This document shows positions 1 to 9,040 of a DNA stretch of 64,000 nucleotides, one piece after another. Position 1 is the stretch's first letter, and each line of letters begins with the position of its first letter. The position numbers and the translations under genes are program-made. Source of the stretch: a virus. The notes under the pieces were generated by a model that saw nothing but the letters and a program-made list of their open reading frames with translations, was not told the origin of the DNA and did not search any database. Location: positions 1 through 64,000 of the IMG/VR virus record IMGVR_UViG_3300002307_000034. The stretch is one strand, 5' to 3'.

Positions 1-243
1 CAACTCCTTAATAATAGTTTCTTTAACTTCATTAATTGCTTGACGGCGAACAATTGCCATTTCAGATTGATCTTCCCAGTTTTTATTAAACAAATCCGAC
101 AAAATCTTTCCAATATCCTGTAGCATATCTTCTTTTACAGCTTCTGCAATCATATTGCATTCTTGTTGAAATGACATTGCATAATCTGCTTCAAGCTTTG
201 AACTCCATATGACATTTTCAATTATTTCTCTTTTACTAAACAT
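1..243 (-). CDS. hypothetical protein (partial, runs off window start)
   Basis: ATG at 243, frame MFSKREIIENVIW... open to position 1; read manually. Confidence 0.6.
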   Translation of the reverse strand, partial: MFSKREIIENVIWSSKLEADYAMSFQQECNMIAEAVKEDMLQDIGKILSDLFNKNWEDQSEMAIVRRQAINEVKETIIKEL

Positions 244-244
244 A

Positions 245-730
245 TTATTTTCCTTTTAAAGGGTGAGTAGGCCAAAAATATAAACAACCATCACAACATG
301 GCTTATTATATTCACTATTAACTGAATCTGCATATTGTTCGTAGTAGATTGGATCTTTGCGATATAGATTAGCCTGATGTGTAGCATTTACACGTTTTAA
401 TATTGTAGGCGTTTTGACCCATGCTGGGTCACTATCGCCCCATGATAGTACAGAAATTTTAGCAAGTGCTTTAAAGTTAGACATATTGTTTTCAGTTTTA
501 ATGCCACGCATATCAGCCATTGCAATAGCAGTCATGCCATAACGGTACAATTCATTCTCAGCACCCTCCCACATAAGCACTGCAGGGTGATTACGCCATG
601 CATTTGACGGGGACTGACCAGAAAGAACTTTAAGTATTTGGTATGTTTCTAAAACTTGTTTATTAAGACGTTTATTGTCTAATGCATCAAGACTATCCCG
701 TTTGGCGGGATGCGGTAGGAATGTTTGCAT
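245..730 (-). CDS. pyrimidine-dimer DNA glycosylase / endonuclease V-like (MSMEG_6728-like) protein
   Basis: MQTFLP...LDNKRLNKQVLE.YQI...WRNHPAVLMW signature. Confidence 0.75.
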   Translation of the reverse strand: MQTFLPHPAKRDSLDALDNKRLNKQVLETYQILKVLSGQSPSNAWRNHPAVLMWEGAENELYRYGMTAIAMADMRGIKTENNMSNFKALAKISVLSWGDSDPAWVKTPTILKRVNATHQANLYRKDPIYYEQYADSVNSEYNKPCCDGCLYFWPTHPLKGK

Positions 731-736
731 GACTTA

Positions 737-766
737 ATTATACCAATCTGATATTTAATACGTCAA
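737..766 (-). promoter_or_regulatory. sigma70/SigA-type promoter, leaderless
   Basis: TTGACG-18 nt-TATAAT; -10 box ends 6 nt before the ATG at 730. Confidence 0.7.
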
Positions 767-1740
767 TAAGAATTTATAAAATTTGTTGGTATATAATTTG
801 GCTCAAATGTATTATTTTTTAAATTAATTTTTGAATAATTAAAAAAACGATTTATTTTTTCTTCATTTAAAGGATTGTTAATAAAATTTAACCATTGAAT
901 ATTCATTCTTTCATCTTGTTTTTGATTAAAAGATTTTCCTTCAGGACTTCCGCCAGAAACTCTATATTCTAAATTTAAAACATCATTTTTTTCTATATCT
1001 CCAATAAAAAGATGAAACAATGGCATAGGACAATTTGGAAATACCAAAGAAAATCCTAAATCAATTAGATTTATAGTTTGAATAACTTCTTCTTCCCAAA
1101 AAACTGTTTCGGTTGGTAAACCATTATTATTAAAATAATTAATATTGCTAAATGCAAACTGAGCATTAAATTTTATAGATGGCAAAAAATTATTTTTAAT
1201 ATTTTTTTCTAATCTAGAATCAATCCACCTAGGAATTTTTGTATTGTTCCAATGTTCATTAGTTATAAAAGGATATTTAGAAAAATTATTTTTTTCTATT
1301 TCAAATATTTCATTTTTAACATTTTTATACGCAGGAAGATAACAAGTTAATATTGTTTTATTATTTTTTGTAATAAATAAAGATTCATTATACATCATTA
1401 TTAGCTTAGTATCCCAACTTTTTTCAAAAAATGTATGAGAATCTATTTGTAATATGTAATCTTGATTATCATACATTGATAAAGCTTGATTTCTTCCAAA
1501 TCCAACTGATTGTTCATATTCATTATGTTTAAATCTTTTAAATTTAATATTTGCATTATCTATAATTGGCAAAATTTTATTTTTATAAAATAAATCATAA
1601 TTCAAATATTCGTTATTAGTTTCCATAAGCACAAGACCTATAAAAATTTCCTTTGGTTTGTCAGCATTATTTATTGCACTTTTTATTGTAAAATCAATTT
1701 GATTATCATACAATGTGGGTAAGGATATATATATGGACAT
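763..1740 (-). CDS. glycosyltransferase, GlcNAc-transferase (GT60-like)
   Basis: YILQIDSHTFFEKSWD motif; N-terminal SIYISLP; very AT-rich. Confidence 0.7.
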   Translation of the reverse strand: MSIYISLPTLYDNQIDFTIKSAINNADKPKEIFIGLVLMETNNEYLNYDLFYKNKILPIIDNANIKFKRFKHNEYEQSVGFGRNQALSMYDNQDYILQIDSHTFFEKSWDTKLIMMYNESLFITKNNKTILTCYLPAYKNVKNEIFEIEKNNFSKYPFITNEHWNNTKIPRWIDSRLEKNIKNNFLPSIKFNAQFAFSNINYFNNNGLPTETVFWEEEVIQTINLIDLGFSLVFPNCPMPLFHLFIGDIEKNDVLNLEYRVSGGSPEGKSFNQKQDERMNIQWLNFINNPLNEEKINRFFNYSKINLKNNTFEPNYIPTNFINSY

Positions 1741-1763
1741 TTGTTTTCTTTCTATTTATATCA

Positions 1764-1792
1764 ATTATAGACTTTGTTTATATACTTGTCAA
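1764..1792 (-). promoter_or_regulatory. sigma70-type promoter
   Basis: TTGACA-17 nt-TATAAT consensus. Confidence 0.8.
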
Positions 1793-1796
1793 TAGA

Positions 1797-1824
1797 CCAA
1801 TATAGCCCAAATGGGCTATATTGG
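1797..1824 (-). terminator. 13-bp hairpin, probable terminator
   Basis: ccaatatagccca-aa-tgggctatattgg perfect inverted repeat downstream of the 1843 ORF. Confidence 0.55.
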
Positions 1825-1842
1825 CTTATCACTATATTGGTT

Positions 1843-2079
1843 TTATTTTAGATTTTTTTTGCGGTTACCAGTTGTAGGCTTTTTAGATCTTTGAGCTGGA
1901 GCTTTTGAAGCAACAGCTTTCTTTGTTGCCTTATTTAAACGGCACATTTGCTTATATATATCTAATATATGATCAGCCATATAACCATGTTCATGTTTTA
2001 ATTGTTCATGTTTATTCTGTAACTTCATATAGGATTGTAGTAATATAATGATGATAAACAAAAGGAAGAGATTAATCAT
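1843..2079 (-). CDS. hypothetical membrane protein
   Basis: N-terminal hydrophobic helix, basic tail. Confidence 0.6.
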   Translation of the reverse strand: MINLFLLFIIIILLQSYMKLQNKHEQLKHEHGYMADHILDIYKQMCRLNKATKKAVASKAPAQRSKKPTTGNRKKNLK

Positions 2080-2435
2080 TTTTTAATCCCTCCCTTTAGA
2101 ATGTCTCTTATTTCAGTTATTTCATCCTGCATCTCTATTAAGATTTCTTGAGTTTCCTTAGAAATCTTTAAATCACGCTTCATGATAGTTCTATCACGCT
2201 CGGATTCCCTGTCAGTTGCAGATAGAATTAAACCAGATAATAATATGGCTTCCAACGATACAATCATTGTTAAAAGACCATAAGGAAATGGCTCTATCCT
2301 AAAGACTATCCAAATTGTAAACCAGACAACGTGTGCAATTAAAAACCAAGGGCTTCCAAATGCATGAGCTGACCAGTCTGCTAGTTCTTCTACTCGTTTC
2401 TCAACGAATCTAACTATTTTTTTTATATTCATCAC
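2076..2435 (-). CDS. DUF1003-family membrane protein
   Basis: FGSPWFLIAHVVW...PFPYGLLTMIVSLEAI motif, two TM helices. Confidence 0.75.
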   Translation of the reverse strand: MMNIKKIVRFVEKRVEELADWSAHAFGSPWFLIAHVVWFTIWIVFRIEPFPYGLLTMIVSLEAILLSGLILSATDRESERDRTIMKRDLKISKETQEILIEMQDEITEIRDILKGGIKK

Positions 2436-2488
2436 CTATTTCAGTGATATTTTAACAATACCACTGATCTAATTATATCAAAAAATAG

Positions 2489-2710
2489 TTAATTAGAGAT
2501 ATTTAACTGTTGCAATCTAAGATTATCCATATATTGGTTCATATATTGCATGTATGAATCAATAATAAATACAACATCTTCAACAATTCTTGCTGCCATA
2601 TCTGGATCTAAATCTTCAATTTTTCCTTCAACTGCCTTTGATTCAATATAATCTTGTGCAACTTTATAAACAATATCATCAAGATCTTGTTGGCTAACTG
2701 GTAGTTCCAT
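2489..2710 (-). CDS. hypothetical protein
   Basis: ORF in operon context. Confidence 0.6.
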   Translation of the reverse strand: MELPVSQQDLDDIVYKVAQDYIESKAVEGKIEDLDPDMAARIVEDVVFIIDSYMQYMNQYMDNLRLQQLNISN

Positions 2711-2712
2711 TA

Positions 2713-2841
2713 TTATTTTCCTAACTGTTCTTTTATATGTTTTCTTAACAAATATAAACTATATGGTGCATCAGGTGCTTCATCAACAACATTTAAAATT
2801 TCTTTAAAAACTTCATTTCTAATTTCTTTTTCAGATTTCAA
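2713..2841 (-). CDS. small hypothetical protein (42 aa, TTG start)
   Basis: fills the gap between ORFs; read manually (MKSEKEIRNEVFKEIL...). Confidence 0.45.
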   Translation of the reverse strand: MKSEKEIRNEVFKEILNVVDEAPDAPYSLYLLRKHIKEQLGK

Positions 2842-3208
2842 TTATAAATCCATCTTCCCAGTAAGGTTTGTTAAACTCATCATAATCATCCCAATCTTTA
2901 CCAGATAAATTTATATTTAATGTAGAATTTTTTATTAACTGTCTTCTGCGTTCTTTTTTTACCATATCAAGAGTTTCAAAGTATCCCGCACCGTCTACAA
3001 TATTATCACGTTTAGGACGATTAATTTCACGACTTATTTTTAAACCTATCATGCATAAAGCAACTTGTTCTGGAGTTACATCAATTCCCAAAATTGCTGA
3101 CCAAATTTTTGCGGTACGTGAAAAATCTTCAAAAGGATGTCCATAATTTTCTCCACGATCACCATGAACGATACGCTTAGCTTCATCTAAAATGGATTCT
3201 TTATCCAT
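2831..3208 (-). CDS. DUF6378-family protein (dNTP pyrophosphohydrolase-like helical fold)
   Basis: ILDEA..IV.GDR..NYGHP.E.F...A.IWS...VALCM..LK.SR...DN..D.AGY. Confidence 0.75.
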   Translation of the reverse strand: MDKESILDEAKRIVHGDRGENYGHPFEDFSRTAKIWSAILGIDVTPEQVALCMIGLKISREINRPKRDNIVDGAGYFETLDMVKKERRRQLIKNSTLNINLSGKDWDDYDEFNKPYWEDGFIIEI

Positions 3209-3344
3209 TTAAATAATCCTTTAAGTATTTATCTCCAGCAATTGGCTTTATTGCTTTTGGATTTCTTCTTTTACGCATAGCCAAAACTTTTGCTATACGC
3301 TTATGCCCACGTTTTTGTTGTGCTCTACCTAAACCTTTATTCAT
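3201..3344 (-). CDS. small basic protein (47 aa)
   Basis: read manually: MNKGLGRAQQKRGHKRIAKVLAMRKRRNPK...; start overlaps the groES stop. Confidence 0.55.
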   Translation of the reverse strand: MNKGLGRAQQKRGHKRIAKVLAMRKRRNPKAIKPIAGDKYLKDYLNG

Positions 3345-3649
3345 TATTCCTCATATCCAAATAGCATACCGCTATTTACAAAATAGAATTTTTCTCCATA
3401 AATATCTTTAATTTCTGTTGCATTGTTTGGTGAGTATAATACTACCATTCCAACCTTTACTGTATCAACTGGATAAAGCTCTCCATTAAAACCACTGACT
3501 TCACCTGGCCCCACATCAATTACTGTTCCACGTTTAAGGTCTTGTTCTGTGGCTGTAGCAGTCAATACTAGGCCCGATGCTGTCTTTGATTCTGTTGTTT
3601 CAATTTCTTTAACAAGCAAAAGCTTGCCTAATGGTTTAATATTCGTCAT
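3344..3649 (-). CDS. groES: co-chaperonin GroES (Cpn10)
   Basis: IKPLG..LLVK...E.KTASGLVL...G.V..VGPG...VKVG..V. Confidence 0.9.
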   Translation of the reverse strand: MTNIKPLGKLLLVKEIETTESKTASGLVLTATATEQDLKRGTVIDVGPGEVSGFNGELYPVDTVKVGMVVLYSPNNATEIKDIYGEKFYFVNSGMLFGYEE

Positions 3650-3866
3650 CTTCTATTTCCTCTTCCATTTCCATTTCTATAAAATCTGGGTTGTCTATTG
3701 GAGTTGATATTGTGTATCTTGTTGCACATTCAGCACACAAACCATCTGTGCCATACATTCCAATTTCGTAATCATCTGGATCAATTACAATCCATGTCAT
3801 AAATTTTGGTGAATCGCAGTTAGGACATTTGGATGTTGGAACACCCCTATAATCTATTCCGCTCAT
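3636..3866 (-). CDS. small zinc-finger protein
   Basis: CPNC...CAEC, acidic tail. Confidence 0.6.
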   Translation of the reverse strand: MSGIDYRGVPTSKCPNCDSPKFMTWIVIDPDDYEIGMYGTDGLCAECATRYTISTPIDNPDFIEMEMEEEIEDDEY

Positions 3867-4048
3867 CCTAAAAATTTAATTCTAGTTACTGTCATACATG
3901 GGTCTCCGCCATCTTCCCATTCTTTTAATTCTTCTTCAGTTTGATGTTCGTATCCACCATCATGAGTATTACAAAATGGAGAAGTAATCCAATCATTATC
4001 TACGCCAATTTGAAACCAATCCCAAAAAGCTTTTTCTTTATCTTCCAT
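3863..4048 (-). CDS. hypothetical protein
   Basis: overlapping operon ORF; FCNTHDG...DPC. Confidence 0.6.
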   Translation of the reverse strand: MEDKEKAFWDWFQIGVDNDWITSPFCNTHDGGYEHQTEEELKEWEDGGDPCMTVTRIKFLG

Positions 4049-4059
4049 GATTTTCTTTT

Positions 4060-4608
4060 CTACTTATAGTGTTTGTTTGATTTTTGTTGTCTTACAATTT
4101 GAAATGGCCCAGCAGTATAAGGACTATTTTTTTCTGCTATTTCTAATGCTTTTTCTACTGAATATCCAGCATGCATTGCTCCAATTGCAAACTGTGCTCC
4201 AGAACCAACTCCGTAAATTCCGGTTTCATCCATAAGAACACTAAAGTCATCGCTTATGTTAAAAAGCTCTCCATCAATTGCAATTAATATTTCAAATCCA
4301 GCTTCTTTATCATTTGAATCTGGTTTGTAACCATTTTCTTCAAGAGTTTCTCTCATTGAAGGTACTACATCTGTAATCATAAATTTATACATATGCTTAC
4401 GTTGTGCAGCATTTGGCATAGGTGGAAGCCAGATATACATTAAAATATCACAGGCAGCTACATCGCCTGCCCCGCCAATTAAATATCCATTGTTATTAAT
4501 AATCTTAGGCATACTGGGATGAATATGCTTTCTAATTCCAGCAGTAACTAAGCTGTCCGCACCCATAGTTACATTGCCGTTTTTGCATACGCCTACGATT
4601 GTTGTCAT
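4060..4608 (-). CDS. HslV / proteasome beta-subunit-like Ntn threonine protease
   Basis: N-terminal MTTIVGV, GADS, GVGSGAQFAIGAM. Confidence 0.85.
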   Translation of the reverse strand: MTTIVGVCKNGNVTMGADSLVTAGIRKHIHPSMPKIINNNGYLIGGAGDVAACDILMYIWLPPMPNAAQRKHMYKFMITDVVPSMRETLEENGYKPDSNDKEAGFEILIAIDGELFNISDDFSVLMDETGIYGVGSGAQFAIGAMHAGYSVEKALEIAEKNSPYTAGPFQIVRQQKSNKHYK

Positions 4609-4919
4609 TATTTGCCCTGGTTCTCCTGATGCACTTCTTCAATTATAGCATCTGATGTTCTTGAATTAATTTTTTTAACTATTTTTCCTTTTTTCATAAC
4701 AAAAACTTGAGGAATGCTTTTTATTTCATAAAGATTTACGATTTCAGAAGGAATTTTATCAACATCAACCATAAAATAATCAATATCCGGATCAGAAACA
4801 GAAGCTTTGCCATATTGTGGTTTTAATTGCTTACAAGGTCCGCACCATTCAGCAGTAAAATAAACAACAGCATTATCAGCTTCATTAATTTCATCAAAAC
4901 TATTAGTAATTTTTAACAT
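4608..4919 (-). CDS. trxA: thioredoxin
   Basis: FTAEWCGPCK active site, SIP cis-Pro motif. Confidence 0.92.
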   Translation of the reverse strand: MLKITNSFDEINEADNAVVYFTAEWCGPCKQLKPQYGKASVSDPDIDYFMVDVDKIPSEIVNLYEIKSIPQVFVMKKGKIVKKINSRTSDAIIEEVHQENQGK

Positions 4920-4930
4920 TTACATCTCCA

Positions 4931-5161
4931 TTAATAAATTAATTCATTGGCAAGAATTTCATTACCAATATATCTTTTTTTAGTTATAAATTCTTTTACT
5001 GAATCCGGACCATTAGATCTTCCTGCCAAAACTACCACCCATCTAGGCTCGAATCTAGCATCAATACATGTCTGACACATAAACGAAACTACTCCATTTA
5101 ATAATTCAGATTTCTTTGGATGTAATTCATTCTTAGACTTAGAACATGAAAAACACTTCAT
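4931..5161 (-). CDS. hypothetical zinc-binding protein
   Basis: CFSC...CQTC. Confidence 0.6.
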   Translation of the reverse strand: MKCFSCSKSKNELHPKKSELLNGVVSFMCQTCIDARFEPRWVVVLAGRSNGPDSVKEFITKKRYIGNEILANELIY

Positions 5162-5346
5162 TATTCACCTTCTTCCCATTCACTATCAGTTTCATCATCC
5201 AACATGATGAATTCATTATTTTCTATAAAAACATCAAACAGCACTCCACCGTATGTGTACCTTATACGTGAAGCATATACACCCTCTGAAACTAAATCAG
5301 CAAATATATTTTCTTTAATTATTAGTACTTTTCTTACTGGAGACAT
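5161..5346 (-). CDS. hypothetical protein
   Basis: operon context. Confidence 0.55.
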   Translation of the reverse strand: MSPVRKVLIIKENIFADLVSEGVYASRIRYTYGGVLFDVFIENNEFIMLDDETDSEWEEGE

Positions 5347-5584
5347 ATTTTATTCCTTCTATTTCGCAGGGGACACCATAAGACATTATAAGATCACGAC
5401 ACATCATAAGATACTCCATGATGTCTGTTCTTTTATCTATCTCATATTGCATGATATTTTCTTCATATACAGTTAAAGCTAAATAATTAGGTCTTGCTCT
5501 AACATCTAACTTTAAATCCTTTACTGGCTTTTTAACTTGTCTAAGTTTTCTAGCCATTTCTACATTATAGAATATTTTTGCCAT
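5315..5584 (-). CDS. hypothetical protein
   Basis: operon context. Confidence 0.6.
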   Translation of the reverse strand: MAKIFYNVEMARKLRQVKKPVKDLKLDVRARPNYLALTVYEENIMQYEIDKRTDIMEYLMMCRDLIMSYGVPCEIEGIKYVSSKKSTNN

Positions 5585-5885
5585 GAATCTTTTTTAATTC
5601 ACTCCAAGTTTCTTTTGTCTTGTGCGAATTGTTTAGTTTATCTACACGACCAAGATCCATATAGATTCCGCCCCACACACCCTTTTCTTTATTTGCAACG
5701 CCTTCTTTATAACATTGCTGAATAACTGGGCAATTTAAACAAACTTGGTCAGAAGTTTGTGCTAAAATTTTGTCATCTTCATAATTGTCATAGAACCAAT
5801 TAATGTTCATATTTTTGCAGGCAGCAAGATGATACCATCTTAAATCTTCTGCATCAATTCCTAATTCTTCAAGTATTTTAGACAT
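5565..5885 (-). CDS. whiB: WhiB-family Fe-S transcription factor
   Basis: W...AAC...VC..CPV..QC...GVWGG: four Cys plus the G[VI]WGG turn. Confidence 0.9.
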   Translation of the reverse strand: MSKILEELGIDAEDLRWYHLAACKNMNINWFYDNYEDDKILAQTSDQVCLNCPVIQQCYKEGVANKEKGVWGGIYMDLGRVDKLNNSHKTKETWSELKKIHGKNIL

Positions 5886-6102
5886 ATTTGACTGGAATAA
5901 ACCATGTGCCCTTCTTTGTCATAGAATATTTATTAGCATATCCCCATTTATTATTACGATACATACCATTTACCTGCATAAATGCTCCATGTCCTGGAGA
6001 CCATTTAACAACGGTATATCCATCCCAAAAAAATCCATTTGATTTATTTTTTTCTACAAAACTATGAATTTGATCGTAATTATACTCTACAGAGTTCTTC
6101 AT
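5878..6102 (-). CDS. hypothetical protein
   Basis: operon context. Confidence 0.6.
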   Translation of the reverse strand: MKNSVEYNYDQIHSFVEKNKSNGFFWDGYTVVKWSPGHGAFMQVNGMYRNNKWGYANKYSMTKKGTWFIPVKYV

Positions 6103-6233
6103 TATATTTCCCTTGGTAGTTTGTTGTTTTGTTTGGTTTCTTTATTTTTTAATATGTTTTTAATCTCTTTTAATATATCAACCATTTCAGAAAGGTTGTT
6201 TTTAATTTCTATTATATCATTTTGTTTTGGCAT
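6102..6233 (-). CDS. small hypothetical protein (43 aa)
   Basis: read manually; fills the gap, stop overlaps the next start. Confidence 0.45.
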   Translation of the reverse strand: MPKQNDIIEIKNNLSEMVDILKEIKNILKNKETKQNNKLPREI

Positions 6234-6236
6234 ATG

Positions 6237-6602
6237 TCAAGCCTCTACCATAGTATATGGTATTCCATAAGCGTCCAGCAAGCTTTTGCATCCATATGTT
6301 CTTTTGTCTTTTGTATTAAAAATTATTGCGTAATCTACTCCAGATTCAATAATTGCATGATCATTAAGTTTTCCGCTATTTCTTATTAGTTCTTCTTTGA
6401 GTTTAAAATTCTTTTGTCTTAAAAATCTTTCAGTTTTGCCAACATATTCTGTAATCATATTTTCTGCACCACGTTTTCCAGTGTGAATAAATGTAATGTT
6501 GTCGTGTTCAAGTTGAAAGGCTTCCTGAATAAATAATGTTACTTGTCTAACAAGCTCACTATAGTTATCCCATTCTTGGCTGCCATATACTGCAACTCTC
6601 AT
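6237..6602 (-). CDS. SLOG / DUF2493 (YspA-like) family protein
   Basis: MRVAVYGS..W...IHTG.RGAE.M pattern. Confidence 0.65.
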   Translation of the reverse strand: MRVAVYGSQEWDNYSELVRQVTLFIQEAFQLEHDNITFIHTGKRGAENMITEYVGKTERFLRQKNFKLKEELIRNSGKLNDHAIIESGVDYAIIFNTKDKRTYGCKSLLDAYGIPYTMVEA

Positions 6603-6620
6603 ACTTACTCCTTAAAATAG

Positions 6621-6646
6621 TGCAGCGGGTCGCTTAACCCGCTGCA
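6621..6646 (-). terminator. GC-rich hairpin, probable intrinsic terminator
   Basis: tgcagcgggt-cgctta-acccgctgca, followed by CTATTTT on the minus strand. Confidence 0.6.
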
Positions 6647-6667
6647 TCAATTGTACCAACTTTTATA

Positions 6668-7375
6668 TTAAGAAAGTCTTCCGTTAATGGAAGGAGCAAA
6701 CGCTCCACCCCATACAGATTTCTTCATAGGCTTCTCTGTTCCCGCTTTTTCTTCTGCAGCTTCTTCAGCTGGAGTTTCCTTAGCTTCTTCAGCAGGAGTT
6801 TCCTTATCTTCGTCCTTAGCACCATCTGCTTTCGCCATTGGCATTGATTGACCACAATGTGGGCACTTCTCTGCTGCTGCTTTAGACATTCCGTCACACA
6901 TGCACATAGTCATAGGCTTGCCACAATCTGGGCAATCTGCTGCTTTTTCCATAGGTTCTGTTGTTTCTCCCTTTGAAGGAGCTTCTTCTGTGGTATTAGC
7001 TGTTGTACCAACATGCGTAGTAGGAATTTCTACTGACTTTGTAATTGCAATATTGCTTTGTGGATCTGGCTCTGTTGTTCCAGCTCCAGGTGTTTCGTAA
7101 GAGTTTTGTGTTGTTTCTGATGAATTAACATCTAATGTTTTTTCTGTCATTTTTGTTTCACCGCCATTCGTAAATAAATCTGCGTTAAACATTGATGCTA
7201 TATCAGAATTTTCTGATGTAATATTTTGTTTAACGTAATGCTCTAAATGATTATCACTTGTTTCAGTATGTGAACTACTGCTGGAAGAAAATGGAGAAAC
7301 AACGCCAGGATCTGACTTCCACGACTTTAAAATTTCTGCAGTTAATTTTACTACTTTATCGTAAATGCTCTCCAT
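6668..7375 (-). CDS. acidic low-complexity protein with CxxC pairs and C-terminal KKSVWGGAF; candidate internal head protein
   Basis: strong AGGAGG RBS; KETPAEEA repeat; motif shared with the scaffold. Confidence 0.6.
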   Translation of the reverse strand: MESIYDKVVKLTAEILKSWKSDPGVVSPFSSSSSSHTETSDNHLEHYVKQNITSENSDIASMFNADLFTNGGETKMTEKTLDVNSSETTQNSYETPGAGTTEPDPQSNIAITKSVEIPTTHVGTTANTTEEAPSKGETTEPMEKAADCPDCGKPMTMCMCDGMSKAAAEKCPHCGQSMPMAKADGAKDEDKETPAEEAKETPAEEAAEEKAGTEKPMKKSVWGGAFAPSINGRLS

Positions 7376-7389
7376 TTTTCCTCCTTTAA

Positions 7390-7638
7390 TTATGGGCGTG
7401 TTGCGTTTTCTACGCTGCCTTGTTCAGTTGAAACAATTGGTCCACCAAATGCTGCACCTGTAGTCATTGACTCATTTGCACCTGTTAGTGGGCTTTGTAC
7501 TGAAGCACCAACCATAGTCTTTGGCTCGTTAACGCCAAGGTTTGTAACTGAAGCTGAAGCACCGTGATCTGGTGCTGTTTGTGCTGTTACCTCTGGCTTG
7601 CCTGCTGCCTGAGATGGGGATTGTTGATTGTTATCCAT
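7390..7638 (-). CDS. hypothetical disordered protein
   Basis: AAGGAGGT RBS, upstream -10 box. Confidence 0.65.
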   Translation of the reverse strand: MDNNQQSPSQAAGKPEVTAQTAPDHGASASVTNLGVNEPKTMVGASVQSPLTGANESMTTGAAFGGPIVSTEQGSVENATRP

Positions 7639-7682
7639 AGTTTTACCTCCTTTATGGTAATTACATTATATCGCATAAATGA

Positions 7683-7994
7683 TTAATTTAAGAATGGATT
7701 TTCGGGCATATTTTTAAGAATTTTAGCACCTTTTTCCGTAACCTTAAATTTAGCATTTAATTCTTCATCATATTCTATTTCAATCATATCTTGTTCATAA
7801 AGAGCCATCAAATCACGATCAATTTCTTCTGTTATTTCTTCATATAATGGTGGAAATATGTCTTTAAGCTTTTCTAGGTTAAATCTAAACATAGGCTCAC
7901 CATCATCTCCAAGCCCAACCCAACTCAAAGCACCCTGTTCTTCAAGCCAACCAATCATTTGGTCATCATTTTCAAAATTAGGAAAATCAGACAT
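7683..7994 (-). CDS. hypothetical protein
   Basis: AAGGAGG RBS. Confidence 0.65.
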   Translation of the reverse strand: MSDFPNFENDDQMIGWLEEQGALSWVGLGDDGEPMFRFNLEKLKDIFPPLYEEITEEIDRDLMALYEQDMIEIEYDEELNAKFKVTEKGAKILKNMPENPFLN

Positions 7995-8005
7995 ATAACC
8001 TCCTT

Positions 8006-8896
8006 TTACTTCAAAGCATTTACTAAATTAATACCGATTACATTTTGTTTAACCATAATATTTGTATATAAAGAACCGGTTAATTTAATTGTATTGTAGA
8101 TTTCTTTATAAGACAAGTTTTTAGCATTTGCAATTTTTAGCCATCCCGCTCCAAATACACCTACAGATAATGATGTTCCTGAATCTATTTTTGTTTTATT
8201 ATCGTTAATTGCAACTATCATATTTCCATTTGCAGCAAAATCTACTCGAGGTGAGTAATCTGCATACAAAGCAAGTCTTCCCTTGTCATCAATTGAGCTG
8301 ATTGCAATTGAATTTGTTAAACATGCTGGGGAAGAAATATTTTTATAATTAAAATCATTACCTGTTGAAAAAATTGATGGAATTCCAATTGAATAAAGAT
8401 TATTGATAGCATTTTGTTGAGTTGCATCTGTATAGCATGATGTAGCATTAAATAATGATAGAGGAGAAACTACAGCTCCAATATTATATTTAGAAGCATT
8501 AGAATATGCCCAGTTCAAAGCTTGTCCCAAAAGATTACTGTTACAATTAATAAAACCATTTGCACCAATAAGTGATGCACAACGAATTTCAATAATTTTT
8601 ACATTTGGATCAGTTTGTATTGCTGATGAAGCAACTTCTGTTCCATGAATCCATGCTGGAAGTATTGCCATTGATGCATTAATACTTGCTGATCCCGTTC
8701 CTTCCATAAATGTTTTACCATTTGGGCAAGAATTATATCCAGCAAAACATACTTCATAAATAATATTATTTTTAATACTATTGTTAGTCATATCTACACC
8801 TGTATCAATGATAACCATTGTTTTAGGAGTTGCTGCATATGATGTGACAGGATAAAGTGATAACAAAGAAACTGCAATAACGATCAGCTTTTTCAT
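8006..8896 (-). CDS. secreted S8 (subtilisin-like) serine peptidase
   Basis: signal peptide; VIIDTG, HGT and SGTS catalytic triad motifs. Confidence 0.85.
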   Translation of the reverse strand: MKKLIVIAVSLLSLYPVTSYAATPKTMVIIDTGVDMTNNSIKNNIIYEVCFAGYNSCPNGKTFMEGTGSASINASMAILPAWIHGTEVASSAIQTDPNVKIIEIRCASLIGANGFINCNSNLLGQALNWAYSNASKYNIGAVVSPLSLFNATSCYTDATQQNAINNLYSIGIPSIFSTGNDFNYKNISSPACLTNSIAISSIDDKGRLALYADYSPRVDFAANGNMIVAINDNKTKIDSGTSLSVGVFGAGWLKIANAKNLSYKEIYNTIKLTGSLYTNIMVKQNVIGINLVNALK

Positions 8897-8927
8897 TTTA
8901 TTCTTTCTGTTAGTAGTTATTTGATTG

Positions 8928-8999
8928 TGCCCCTAGAAGGATTCGAACCTCCGACCAAACGGGTAGAAACCGTTGACTCTTCCTCTGAGTTATAGAGGC
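8928..8999 (-). tRNA. tRNA-Arg(UCU)
   Basis: cloverleaf; anticodon arm AACGG-TTTCTAC-CCGTT; GGTTCGAATCC T-arm. Confidence 0.9.
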
Positions 9000-9007
9000 A
9001 TGAGTAT

Positions 9008-9037
9008 ATTATACTGTTTTTATATTTGTGATGTCAA
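9008..9037 (-). promoter_or_regulatory. promoter for tRNA-Arg
   Basis: TTGACA-18 nt-TATAAT, 8 nt upstream of the tRNA. Confidence 0.8.
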
Positions 9038-9040
9038 GGA

